A stretch of DNA of 53,995 nucleotides, the filler included, from an uncultured virus (IMG/VR IMGVR_UViG_2061766007_002010) (taxonomy: Duplodnaviria > Heunggongvirae > Uroviricota > Caudoviricetes). It is 2 parts of one record of this genome, joined end to end, with 100 filler letters (N's around TTAATTAATTAA, not from the genome) between each part and the next. Parts side by side here need not be neighbours in the genome. Positions count along the whole stretch, not along the records: positions 23,438 to 53,995 come from IMGVR_UViG_2061766007_002010; 1 more part is not named here. One strand, written 5' to 3'. How positions within the stretch are numbered: position 1 is the first letter of the stretch; every line of letters begins with the position of its first letter. The notes below the pieces were generated by a model. The model was not told the DNA's origin. It saw only the letters and a list, made by a program, of their open reading frames with translations, and did not search any database. The translations under genes were made by a program, and so were the position numbers. This document shows, piece by piece, positions 23,338-32,277 of the stretch.

Positions 23338-23437
23338 NNNNNNNNNNNNNNNNNNNNNNNNNNNNNNNNNNNNNNNNNNNNTTAATTAATTAANNNNNNN
23401 NNNNNNNNNNNNNNNNNNNNNNNNNNNNNNNNNNNNN
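23338..23437. other. Artificial contig-joining linker
   Basis: 44 N + TTAATTAATTAA (stops in all six frames) + 44 N = 100 nt. Confidence 0.9.
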
Positions 23438-23490
23438 CGTATTCGCTGTAACTGGTGTTGATAGAATTTAATAATTCTCAATTAATAAAA

Positions 23491-23523
23491 AAGAAAGGTG
23501 ACATTAATTTGTCACCTTTTTTA
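23491..23523. terminator. Bidirectional intrinsic terminator
   Basis: AAAGGTGACA-ttaatt-TGTCACCTTT with A/T tracts. Confidence 0.8.
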
Positions 23524-24768
23524 TTATGCTTGAATGAAAGCCATGTAACCGAGATATGCATTGTAAATATCATTTACATGGGCTAATTCCAAAGGCGAAT
23601 GCATATTCAGAATAGGAACACCAGCATCCAAGACATTGATATTCAATTCGCATACCATGCTTGCGATTGTTCCACCGCCACCAACATCAACCTTACCCAT
23701 AGAGTCAAATTGATATTTAACATTGGCGTCTTGCATTACCTTTCTAACATAGGCAATAAATTCAGGATTTGCATCTGCACCACCAGACTTACCGCGACCG
23801 CCATTATACTTGGAGAACATTAAACCACCATTAAACTTGGCAGAAGACTTCTTATCATAAGCATCACCATAAAGCGGATCATAAGCTGCGGTAACGTCAG
23901 AAGACAACATATTTGTTCTAGCAAGAATGGTTGCAAATTCAATTTCATTCCTAGGACGTGTTACACAGCGAAGAATATCCTGGAACCAGCGTGATTTTGC
24001 ACCGGTTGCGCAACAGGAGCCAATTTCTTCTTTATCTACTAAGACACAGCCTACAGTAGAATTGGGGCATACGGTGCTCATTAAAGCCATTAACGAGGTA
24101 TATGCACATACTCGGTCGTCTTGACCATAACCTGCAACAAGAGACTTGTCAAAACCAGAGAATCTAGCCTTACCTGCAGGGACAATTTCAAGTTCAGCAG
24201 AAACTAAATCTTCTTCAACAATTCCATACTTTTCATTAAGGAAATTCAAAACCCATTCCTTAACTTTCTTCTTATCCTTGTCTTCTGTTTCAACTTCAGT
24301 CGTTGCTACGATAATATCGAGCTTTTCGCCATTAATAAATTCACTTGCTTTCTTTTCACCAAGCTTTTTATCAAGATGGGGGAGGAGGTCAGTAATACAG
24401 AAAATCGGATCATTGGGGTCTTCACCAACACAAACTCTAATAGTCTTACCATCAACCGTGCAAATAACACCGTGAATAGCAAGCGGAGTAGTTGTCCATT
24501 GATACTTCTTGATACCACCATAATATTGTGTATCAAAATATGCAATTCCATCACTTTCATACAATGGCTTTTGCTTGACATCGATTCTAGGCGCATCAAT
24601 GTGGGCACCGAGAATATTTACATAATCTGGGTGGAGACCATAAACAAATGCTGCAAAATTCTTGTTCTTATTCTTAAAATAAACCTTATCACCACACTTA
24701 TATTCTTTTGAATTATCATACGGTAAAAAGCCATTAAGAAGTGCAATCTTTTCAGCTTCTTCTACACA
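23524..24768 (-). CDS. M18 family aminopeptidase, copy 1 (5' end in gap)
   Basis: GAHIDAPRID, YYGGIKKYQW, GQDDRVC, DKEEIGS, SSDV, MHSPLE metal-binding motifs. Confidence 0.9.
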   Translation of the reverse strand, partial: CVEEAEKIALLNGFLPYDNSKEYKCGDKVYFKNKNKNFAAFVYGLHPDYVNILGAHIDAPRIDVKQKPLYESDGIAYFDTQYYGGIKKYQWTTTPLAIHGVICTVDGKTIRVCVGEDPNDPIFCITDLLPHLDKKLGEKKASEFINGEKLDIIVATTEVETEDKDKKKVKEWVLNFLNEKYGIVEEDLVSAELEIVPAGKARFSGFDKSLVAGYGQDDRVCAYTSLMALMSTVCPNSTVGCVLVDKEEIGSCCATGAKSRWFQDILRCVTRPRNEIEFATILARTNMLSSDVTAAYDPLYGDAYDKKSSAKFNGGLMFSKYNGGRGKSGGADANPEFIAYVRKVMQDANVKYQFDSMGKVDVGGGGTIASMVCELNINVLDAGVPILNMHSPLELAHVNDIYNAYLGYMAFIQA

Positions 24769-24795
24769 NNNNNNNNNNAAATTTCGAGGGAAATT

Positions 24796-25485
24796 ATGAT
24801 AAATAGATTTGATGAAAACTTTGATCTTCGAGGCGAAATTGAATATTTGAACGAAGATTTCGAACATTTTGACCTTAAAGGAGAAGAAGAATACAAGGCA
24901 CCTAATAAGGCAGTTGGTTCTAGCACATTCCGTTCTTTCATTATGACAGAAAAGGCAGATGAAGCTTATAACCAGATGATTACTAATAATATTTGTTCTC
25001 AGATTCGTGATATTATGGGTGATATTTATATTGCATCACCTTCTGGAACTAGAACAGCAAATAAGATTCGTCTTATCCGCAAGGGCGGTGGCGGTGCTTA
25101 CCAGTTCGAACTTAAGATTAACAATGATGGAACTATTACAGTTGCAGATAACAGCAATGCACGTGGTTTCATGAGAACACAGAAGGACGGAACCAAGAAA
25201 TTTATTCTTTTGAACACCAATGAGTTCTATAGAACACAAAAAACTGGAACTGCCGGTGTTAATGAAGTTATTGAATGGTTAACTGATAATTATGACAAAT
25301 ATGAAGTAGCAAATGCTGCTGCAAGAGATAGAAGAGAAGGTATTACTCCTGCTGCTCGTAGGGTTTCTTCTACCCCTAGACGTTCTCAGGGTCCTAGAAA
25401 CGTTACGGATATGATGCGTAAGCACGGTATTAGCGATGTTTCTGCATATCTTAGAAACGGCGGCAATATTAGAGACCTCATCTAA
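24796..25485 (+). CDS. Hypothetical protein, possible internal head protein
   Basis: 229 aa ORF, SD GAGG, acidic N-terminus with YLNE site, Arg-rich C-terminus. Confidence 0.75.
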   Translation: MINRFDENFDLRGEIEYLNEDFEHFDLKGEEEYKAPNKAVGSSTFRSFIMTEKADEAYNQMITNNICSQIRDIMGDIYIASPSGTRTANKIRLIRKGGGGAYQFELKINNDGTITVADNSNARGFMRTQKDGTKKFILLNTNEFYRTQKTGTAGVNEVIEWLTDNYDKYEVANAAARDRREGITPAARRVSSTPRRSQGPRNVTDMMRKHGISDVSAYLRNGGNIRDLI

Positions 25486-25507
25486 TATATAATGTATCGA
25501 ATTTATA

Positions 25508-25544
25508 GAAATCAACCAGCAATGGTTGATTTTTATTATAAATA
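25508..25544 (+). promoter_or_regulatory. Intrinsic terminator followed by late promoter TATAAATA (25537-25544)
   Basis: AAATCAACCA-gcaa-TGGTTGATTT+T tract, then TATAAATAATATAAA. Confidence 0.75.
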
Positions 25545-25573
25545 ATATAAATGAAAATTAATTGAGAGGAATT

Positions 25574-27265
25574 ATGACATTTAATGAAGCAAAGCAACTA
25601 TTAAAGTCCAAGAATATGTATTTCATTAAAGAAAATACAGCTTTTGGATCATATGAAGAATATATCGCAAAACTTAACGATTTGTGGGCAGAAAAGTTTG
25701 AAACTGAAGGCGAAGATGATTTGACCTTAGATGAATTGCTTTTGAATCCAGATTTCGAAGAAGTAGCAAAGAATTGTTATGAATCTGAAACAGATCCTTC
25801 CGAAGCTGTCGAAACTATTGCAAGCATGTTTGACAATGATGCTGATATAGAAAATACAGAAGATTTTGAAGCTGATGGAACTGATGCTGAAGTTGACTAT
25901 GCCGACCCTGATTTAAATGCCGGTGTCGAGGATAGAGACGATTTAGAAGATCCAGATGCTGAATTCGAGCTCGATGCTAGTTTTGACGAAGCCGTAAAGT
26001 TTTTGAAGAGCAAGGGCTATCAGATTAATGAAAGTGCCGATATTCTTAACGAAGCTTGGTATAATGACATTGGTTTGAGTGCCGCAGATGAAACCTTCGT
26101 TCAGAGAACAATGGAAACTTATGCATCTGCTAAGTCCAAGAAGAAGAACGGTGTTAAGGGTGGTTACATGACTCCTGTAAAGCGTGCTTCTTATTACAGC
26201 AAGTTCGAACATATTTTGGAATTGATTGCTGACAGACCGAACGCAACCCGTAACATGCGTAAGATTCGTGCTGAAATGACTCTTCTTGAAGATGAAAACT
26301 GGTACCAGTTCATTCGTCAGAACAACCCAGATTTACCAGCTGAAGAAATTCCAGCAATGTTTGGCCATGCAGCAATCGGTGCTCAGGCAGAAGAAACACA
26401 AGAAGAACGTGCTGCTCGTCGTCGTGAAGAAGAAGCTCGTGCCGCTCGTGAAGCTGCAGCTGAAGCAGAACGCCGTGAACGTGAAGAACGTGAACGTCGC
26501 GAACGTGAACGTCGTGAAAACCCAGAAGCTGAAGACCTTGTTTCCCGTCGTGAATTCGAAGAAGGCGGTGACGAAATCACAACTCGTCAAGTTACTCGTC
26601 GTCGTATGAGAACTGTTAACAGAGACTTCACTGACCACTATGCAATTCCTGCTGCAACAATTAAGGTCAACATTGATACCACAAACGACCCTGATACCTT
26701 ACACGAAGCTGAAGAACTTGTCAACACCATTAAGGAAAAGTTGCGCATTCAGTTCGAAGACGATGAAGGTAAGTGGGCAATGTGTAATGTCGACGCAGCA
26801 GAAGTTGATGTTGAAGTCGATGGTTTCCAGAGAAAAGAATATCACGTAGTTATCAAGATGCCTGCAGAAATCAAGGAAGAAATGGCACAGTTCGTTAAGG
26901 ACGAAATGGAAGACGCTTTCACATTCGTTAATTCCGAACATCCTGCAGATTCTGTTTACGAATTCGATAACACCGGTAACCGTGATGAAGTCGAACAAGA
27001 AGAATACCAGTATGATGAACCAGTTGTTCAGAGACGTCGTGTTCGTCCTCAGACTACTGCTGTCCGTCGTGTTAATAGAACACCTCGTTGGAGAGTTCAT
27101 TATACCTTGGCTACTGAAGATGGTGCAGATAGCGGAATTCAGAGAACTGTTATCGTCAATGCTGCAACCGCTGAAGACGCTAAGAACAAGGTTGAAAACC
27201 CAGAAGACATCGATAATGCATATGCAACTGGTGTATTCGCTGTAACAGGTGTTGATAGAGTCTAA
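25574..27265 (+). CDS. Acidic late protein, putative internal head/scaffold-like protein with E/R-rich helix
   Basis: SD GAGAGGA; MTFNEAKQLLKSKNMYFIKE and internal FDEAVKFLKSKGYQINESADILNE leader repeats; ERREREERERRERERRE segment. Confidence 0.7.
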   Translation: MTFNEAKQLLKSKNMYFIKENTAFGSYEEYIAKLNDLWAEKFETEGEDDLTLDELLLNPDFEEVAKNCYESETDPSEAVETIASMFDNDADIENTEDFEADGTDAEVDYADPDLNAGVEDRDDLEDPDAEFELDASFDEAVKFLKSKGYQINESADILNEAWYNDIGLSAADETFVQRTMETYASAKSKKKNGVKGGYMTPVKRASYYSKFEHILELIADRPNATRNMRKIRAEMTLLEDENWYQFIRQNNPDLPAEEIPAMFGHAAIGAQAEETQEERAARRREEEARAAREAAAEAERREREERERRERERRENPEAEDLVSRREFEEGGDEITTRQVTRRRMRTVNRDFTDHYAIPAATIKVNIDTTNDPDTLHEAEELVNTIKEKLRIQFEDDEGKWAMCNVDAAEVDVEVDGFQRKEYHVVIKMPAEIKEEMAQFVKDEMEDAFTFVNSEHPADSVYEFDNTGNRDEVEQEEYQYDEPVVQRRRVRPQTTAVRRVNRTPRWRVHYTLATEDGADSGIQRTVIVNAATAEDAKNKVENPEDIDNAYATGVFAVTGVDRV

Positions 27266-27280
27266 TAATCTCAATTAATA

Positions 27281-27313
27281 AAAGAAAGGCGGCAAGTAAT
27301 TGCCGTCTTTTTA
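27281..27313. terminator. Bidirectional intrinsic terminator
   Basis: AAAGGCGGCAA-gtaa-TTGCCGTCTTT; stem sequence differs from the homologous hairpin at 23491 while pairing is kept. Confidence 0.8.
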
Positions 27314-27315
27314 TT

Positions 27316-28834
27316 TTAGAATGTCTTAATAAATGCTGTATAACCTAAGTAAGCGTTATAAATGTCATTTACATGAGCAAGTTCTAATGGTGAGTGCATA
27401 TTCAGAATTGGAACACCAGCATCAAGAACATTGATATTCAATTCACAAACCATACTTGCGATGGTTCCGCCACCACCAACATCGACCTTGCCAAGAGAAT
27501 CAAACTGATACTTAACTCCTGCATCCTTCATAACTTTTCGGATATAAGCAATAAATTCGGGATTTGCGTCAGCACCACCAGACTTACCGCGTCCTCCATT
27601 ATACTTAGAGAACATGATACCACCATTCAACTTAGCAGAAGACTTCTTATCATAAGCGTCTGCATAAAGTGGGTCATAAGCAGCAGTAACGTCAGAAGAA
27701 AGCATATGAGAACGTGCTAAATATGTAGCAAATTCAACTTCATCCTTCGGTCTCAAGACACAACGTAATACATCTTCAAACCACCTCGATTTTGCTCCTG
27801 TAGCGCAGCAAGAACCAATTTCTTCCTTATCTACTAATACAACACCAGATGTGACTTCTGGAAGCTCCTGGAGCGACAGAACGGCCATTAACGACGTGAA
27901 TGCACAAANNNNNNNNNNNNNNNNNNNNNNNNNNNNNNNNNNNNNNNNNNNAGCTCTACCTGCAGGGACGATTTCAAGTTCTGCAGAAACTAAATCTTCT
28001 TCTTCAACTCCATACTTTAGCTTAAGGAAATGTAAAACCCATTCCTTAACCTTTTTCTTATCCTTATCTTCAGTTTCGAGTTCAGTCGTTGCTACGAGAA
28101 TATCGAGCTTTTCACCATTAATGAAATCACNNNNNNNNNNNNNNNNNNNNNNNNNNNNNNNNNNNNNNNNNNNNNNNNNNNNNNNNNNNNNNNNNNNNNN
28201 NNNNNNNNNNNNNNNNNNNNNNNNNNNNNNNNNNNNNNNNNNNNNNNNNNNNNNNNNNNNNNNNNNNNNNNNNNNNNNNNNNNNNNNNNNNNNNNNNNNN
28301 NNNNNNNNNNNNNNNNNNNNNNNNNNNNNNNNNNNNNNNNNNNNNNNNNNNNNNNNNNNNNNNNNNNNNNNNNNNNNNNNNNNNNNNNNNNNNNNNNNNN
28401 NNNNNNNNNNNNNNNNNNNNNNNNNNNNNNNNNNNNNNNNNNNNNNNNNNNNNNNNNNNNNNNNNNNNNNNNNNNNNNNNNNNNNNNNNNNNNNNNNNNN
28501 NNNNNNNNNNNNNNNNNNNNNNNNNNNNNNNNNNNNNNNNNNNNNNNNNNNNNNNNNNNNNNNNNNNNNNNNNNNNNNNNNNNNNNNNNNNNNNNNNNNN
28601 NNNNNNNNNNNNNNNNNNNNNNNNNNNNNNNNNNNNNNNNNNNNNNNNNNNNNNNNNNNNNNNNNNNNNNNNNNNNNNNNNNNNNNNNNNNNNNNNNNNN
28701 NNNNNNNNNNNNNNNNNNNNNNNNNNNNNNNNNNNNNNNNNNNNNNNNNNNNNNNNNNNNNNNNNNNNNNNNNNNNNNNNNNNNNNNNNNNNNNNNNNNN
28801 NTTTAATAAATTGGGTTTGTTCAATCGTTTTCAT
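27316..28834 (-). CDS. M18 family aminopeptidase, copy 2 (gapped)
   Basis: DKEEIGSCCATGAKSRWF, SSDVTAAYDP, MHSPLE; likely start MKTIEQTQFIK at 28834. Confidence 0.85.
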
Positions 28835-28843
28835 AATATAACA

Positions 28844-28881
28844 AATATAAAAAATAACGGGTTTTTGTAAACCCGTTATTG
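28844..28881 (-). terminator. Terminator hairpin overlapping an early promoter (TTTACA-N16-TATATT)
   Basis: AATAACGGGTTT-acaa-AAACCCGTTATT+T tract on minus strand; -35 at 28866-28871, -10 at 28844-28849. Confidence 0.7.
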
Positions 28882-28901
28882 AAATTAATTTAATTTTCTG
28901 A

Positions 28902-30113
28902 TTAACCGCGTTCGAGAACAGCCTTAATCTTTTCAGCGAACTTTTCAAACAACTTTTCGTAATTCTGCTGATTGAAGCCGAGCAAGAATACTGGCTTATA
29001 TGTATCATAGAATCCCTGAACATTGTTGAATGGGAACGGCTTGTTAGTATCAACTCTGTATCTACGGTTCAAGCTACCAACTGCATAACGGCAGGTTTCT
29101 TTGACACGTTCACGGTCAACACTACCGATAGAATCAGCAACAACACCAGTTTCGTAAATACCAGGATTTGCTTCCAAGAATTCTCTAATGGTTGCAACAA
29201 CGTCAATCTGAGGATGACGATAGCCATTGAACTTGTCGTTCAAGACTACTCTAATCTTGCCCTTAGGAGACATCTGTTCGAACGGGATGCCTTCACCCAA
29301 GAATTCTGCACATTCTTCAACAGAAGGAAGACGTTCACCAGGGAACAACTTAGGAAGTGCCTGAGTCTTGAGGAATTCGAGCTTGGTTGCATCAGGAATG
29401 TAACGTTCGATACCTGGGGACTGAACGAGCTTAGCCAACTTGTACTTGCTTGTTTCATCCAAAGTAAAGTCACGACGAGTCTTCTTAATTCTCTGATATT
29501 CATCCCACTTATCAAGAAGTTCCTTAACAGAACCATGATAGTTTTCTGGGTCTAACCAGCGGCGAAGCTTCTTAGCGATAAGGTCATAGTTACCGGCAAA
29601 TCTGTCACGTGCTTCTTCTTCGTTATTCTTGAACCATTCAATAAAGTCACCAAGATGAGTTTCTTCATAAGCTTCATCATAGGTATGGTCTTTAAGCAAT
29701 TCATTGAACTTAAAGAATGTATCGATATAGTTTCTGTCGATTTCATCCTTGTGAACATTGATTGTTCTTATAATTCTGTCATAAAGCCTCTTATAACGAC
29801 CTTCATTGGCATTTTTCCACTTGTCGATAAATGTATAATAGCTGGTCATTGTATTAGGGTTAATACCGAGCTTAGCATTGATAGCAGTGCAATATGCTTC
29901 CCAAGTCAAACCGTTACGTTCGATATAAGACTTGAACTTTGCCTTTAATCTTTCAATATCGCTACTGTTTGCGCCAGAATTTGGGTTCTGTTCAATAAAT
30001 TTACCAGTAATATAGATGATTTTCTTGTCATCAATGAGTCTACCGAAAATTCGTTTTTCAGCGGTCTTTGCCATTTCGCTAATAACTCTCTTTTTCTTAG
30101 AAAATAAGTCCAT
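28902..30113 (-). CDS. Hypothetical late protein, putative internal head protein
   Basis: 403 aa ORF; late promoter and SD AAGGAG; MDLFSKKKRVISE/MAK candidate protease site. Confidence 0.75.
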   Translation of the reverse strand: MDLFSKKKRVISEMAKTAEKRIFGRLIDDKKIIYITGKFIEQNPNSGANSSDIERLKAKFKSYIERNGLTWEAYCTAINAKLGINPNTMTSYYTFIDKWKNANEGRYKRLYDRIIRTINVHKDEIDRNYIDTFFKFNELLKDHTYDEAYEETHLGDFIEWFKNNEEEARDRFAGNYDLIAKKLRRWLDPENYHGSVKELLDKWDEYQRIKKTRRDFTLDETSKYKLAKLVQSPGIERYIPDATKLEFLKTQALPKLFPGERLPSVEECAEFLGEGIPFEQMSPKGKIRVVLNDKFNGYRHPQIDVVATIREFLEANPGIYETGVVADSIGSVDRERVKETCRYAVGSLNRRYRVDTNKPFPFNNVQGFYDTYKPVFLLGFNQQNYEKLFEKFAEKIKAVLERG

Positions 30114-30117
30114 AAAG

Positions 30118-30207
30118 TCTCCTTAAAATTTACTTTATATTATTTATAATAAAAAATGCAAGAATAAACTCTACATTTTTTATCAAATAATCAGAATTTT
30201 AAGGAGA
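30118..30207 (-). promoter_or_regulatory. Late promoter (30141-30148) flanked by a 13-bp SD/anti-SD inverted repeat and an inner terminator-like hairpin
   Basis: TCTCCTTAAAATT (30118-30130) is the exact reverse complement of AATTTTAAGGAGA (30195-30207); hairpin at 30151-30181. Confidence 0.7.
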
Positions 30208-30213
30208 AAATAA

Positions 30214-31053
30214 CTAGTCGATCAATGCATCTTCGATAATCATACCATGATGGAAACCGAGTTTGGGAAGTTCAGAAATCTTGAACCAACCAACATCAGC
30301 AGCATCATCACCAGCAACTGCCTTCTTTTTATCCTTTCCAGGAACATGAATGGCAAATGCGGTATCGATAATACGAANNNNNNNNNNCGGGTTCTGATTA
30401 TAAAGGCAGTCGCTGATAATATCACCCTTACGATACTTTACACCATTGATTTCTTCATCCTTATCTGCAAGTCGTCCTTCACGTTTAATGAAGTTAAATA
30501 CAACCTTGCTGATATAAGGCTGAACTTCCTTATAATGTGTTTCAGGATTCTTTCTGAAAATTTCACGAACCGCACTGCTAGAAATATTAGCAGTCTTAAT
30601 ATCAATAATGAATGTCACGTTGGACTGAGTACCATACTTCTTATACAATTCATCATTACCACAAATCTTATCATCTCTCGTAGCAACGATAAATTTATAG
30701 TTATCAAGAAGCTGTTTACTGAACTTCCATTTACCATCAACAAGATCAATCCATTCATCTTCACCAATTACGATAGTAATCTGGTCAGCAGGAATCTTAT
30801 TGAACTTCCAGGAAATATATTCATACATTCTAATCTTCTGAATATCAATATCATAATTGATACACTTGGATTCCAATGCAGTCTTGACCATTTCTACACG
30901 TGCTTCAACAGGTGTACGGTTGGTCTTTTCATCGTTGTCTGTTACAAGAATATGCAACTTGTCACCATAACGCATCTTCTTTTTGATGCTCTTGATGATG
31001 GCTTCGTGTGCATGTGTAAACGGATCGAACCAGCTTCCAAAAATATAGTGCAT
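30214..31053 (-). CDS. Nicotinamide/nicotinate mononucleotide adenylyltransferase fused to Nudix domain (middle collapsed by gap)
   Basis: GSWFDPFTHAH (HxxH), ISSSAVRE, C-terminal AGDDAADVGWFKISELPKLGFHHGMII typical of ADP-ribose pyrophosphatase Nudix domains. Confidence 0.8.
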   Translation of the reverse strand: MHYIFGSWFDPFTHAHEAIIKSIKKKMRYGDKLHILVTDNDEKTNRTPVEARVEMVKTALESKCINYDIDIQKIRMYEYISWKFNKIPADQITIVIGEDEWIDLVDGKWKFSKQLLDNYKFIVATRDDKICGNDELYKKYGTQSNVTFIIDIKTANISSSAVREIFRKNPETHYKEVQPYISKVVFNFIKREGRLADKDEEINGVKYRKGDIISDCLYNQNPXXXXRIIDTAFAIHVPGKDKKKAVAGDDAADVGWFKISELPKLGFHHGMIIEDALID

Positions 31054-31074
31054 AATTATTCCTCTTTTGGTCTA

Positions 31075-31103
31075 AATATAGCAAAACTATTGCTAGTCGT
31101 CAG
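31075..31103 (-). promoter_or_regulatory. Sigma70-like early promoter
   Basis: CTGACG-N17-TATATT upstream of 31053. Confidence 0.55.
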
Positions 31104-32202
31104 CCCTAACAATAGTCTCACCTGGGAAATCAAAGAAATTTCTTCGCATTTNNNNNNNNNNAAATTATTATCCATTCTGTAAACTGTTACATGAATTCCA
31201 AGCTTACGTGCCTTATCAATATATTCCATTAAATCACCCTCTCTTGTGAATGTATTAGATACAATTACAAAAGATGCATCTCCTGCAAGAGCGAAGAATG
31301 TATTATTGAAACATGTTCTATGTGCAGTGTCTAATAACATTGGATTAAAATTATACTCACCGTATGCATTTATCCAGAATGAATCAGACTCAAAATGCTT
31401 TACCTTATGACCGCTAGAAGTTAAGCTATCATATAACTTCTTTGCATAAGTAGATTTTCCAGAACCTGGAATACCACGAACAATAATCAATGTCTTACCA
31501 TCGTCCTTTGGACATAAGGTAGAAATTCTTACTGGATGATACCAAGCTTCCCAGTTAACGTTATTCTGGATTAACTCAACTCCCTTATGGTTACACTTTG
31601 TTGCCTGCTCGAACTGATGTGTATGACCATGAACAAGATACTTGATGTAAATACNNNNNNNNNNTCTGCTCGAACTGATGTGTATGACCATGAACAAGAT
31701 ACTTGATGTAAATACCTTGCTCCTCATAATGGTTCAATGCAGAAGGATCAGAATCCTTATACAATGGATTATCTTGGTCATTAAACGTATAATGCTGTAA
31801 CAAGTAGTTATCACCATTATGATTTAATAAGATATGACCCTTAACGAAAGTAACCTTTGGAAACTCCTCTGCTACCTTAGATAACTTTTTGAAAATTTCA
31901 TGGTCATGGTTTCCCATTAACCAATACATGTGCTTGAAATGCAACTTCTGGTAATACTCTCTAAAAGTATCTACCAACTTGCTACCTGGAGTACCAAGTG
32001 TAAAGTCGCCTAAGAAGAATACTGTATAATCGTCAGTGACCATTTCATTCCACTTGTTTACAATATCTTCATTCATTTCTTCAACAGTAACATACTTACG
32101 TGTTCTGTCAAAGTGGTCTTCATAACCAGTGCATAACTTACGATGATTAAAATGTAAGTCGCTTACTAAAACAATATTTGAATCATTAAGTGTTAATTCC
32201 AT
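31093..32202 (-). CDS. Calcineurin-like metallophosphoesterase fused to AAA_33/polynucleotide-kinase-like P-loop domain
   Basis: SDLHFNH, FLGDF, GNHD, HGHTH then RGIPGSGKST, IVSNTF; collapsing the 50-bp overlap around gap 31655-31664 gives one frame; C-terminus MRRNFFDFPGETIVRADD*. Confidence 0.75.
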
Positions 32203-32228
32203 ATTTTTAACTCCTTTTGTTTAATTAT

Positions 32229-32258
32229 AAAAAAGGGCTGACTTGCGCCAACCCTTTA
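32229..32258 (-). terminator. Intrinsic terminator
   Basis: AAAGGGTTGGC-gcaa-GTCAGCCCTTTTT on minus strand. Confidence 0.75.
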
Positions 32259-32277
32259 AAGTTCTTCAGAATTACTC

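Noticed and set aside
23382..23393. TTAATTAATTAA palindrome
   Set aside because: Flanked by exactly 44 N on each side; an artificial six-frame-stop linker. Adjacency of the two halves of the window is therefore not biological evidence.
26400..26520. GAACGT/CGTGAA short tandem repeats, possible CRISPR or VNTR
   Set aside because: Encodes the E/R-rich helix in frame; no repeat-spacer structure
30195..30213. Plus-strand SD (AAGGAG) suggesting a missing gene
   Set aside because: No start codon or ORF follows; better explained as the anti-SD arm on the minus-strand transcript
31605..31715. 50-bp direct repeat suggesting a target-site duplication or frameshift
   Set aside because: Identical copies flank a 10-N gap; unresolved contig overlap
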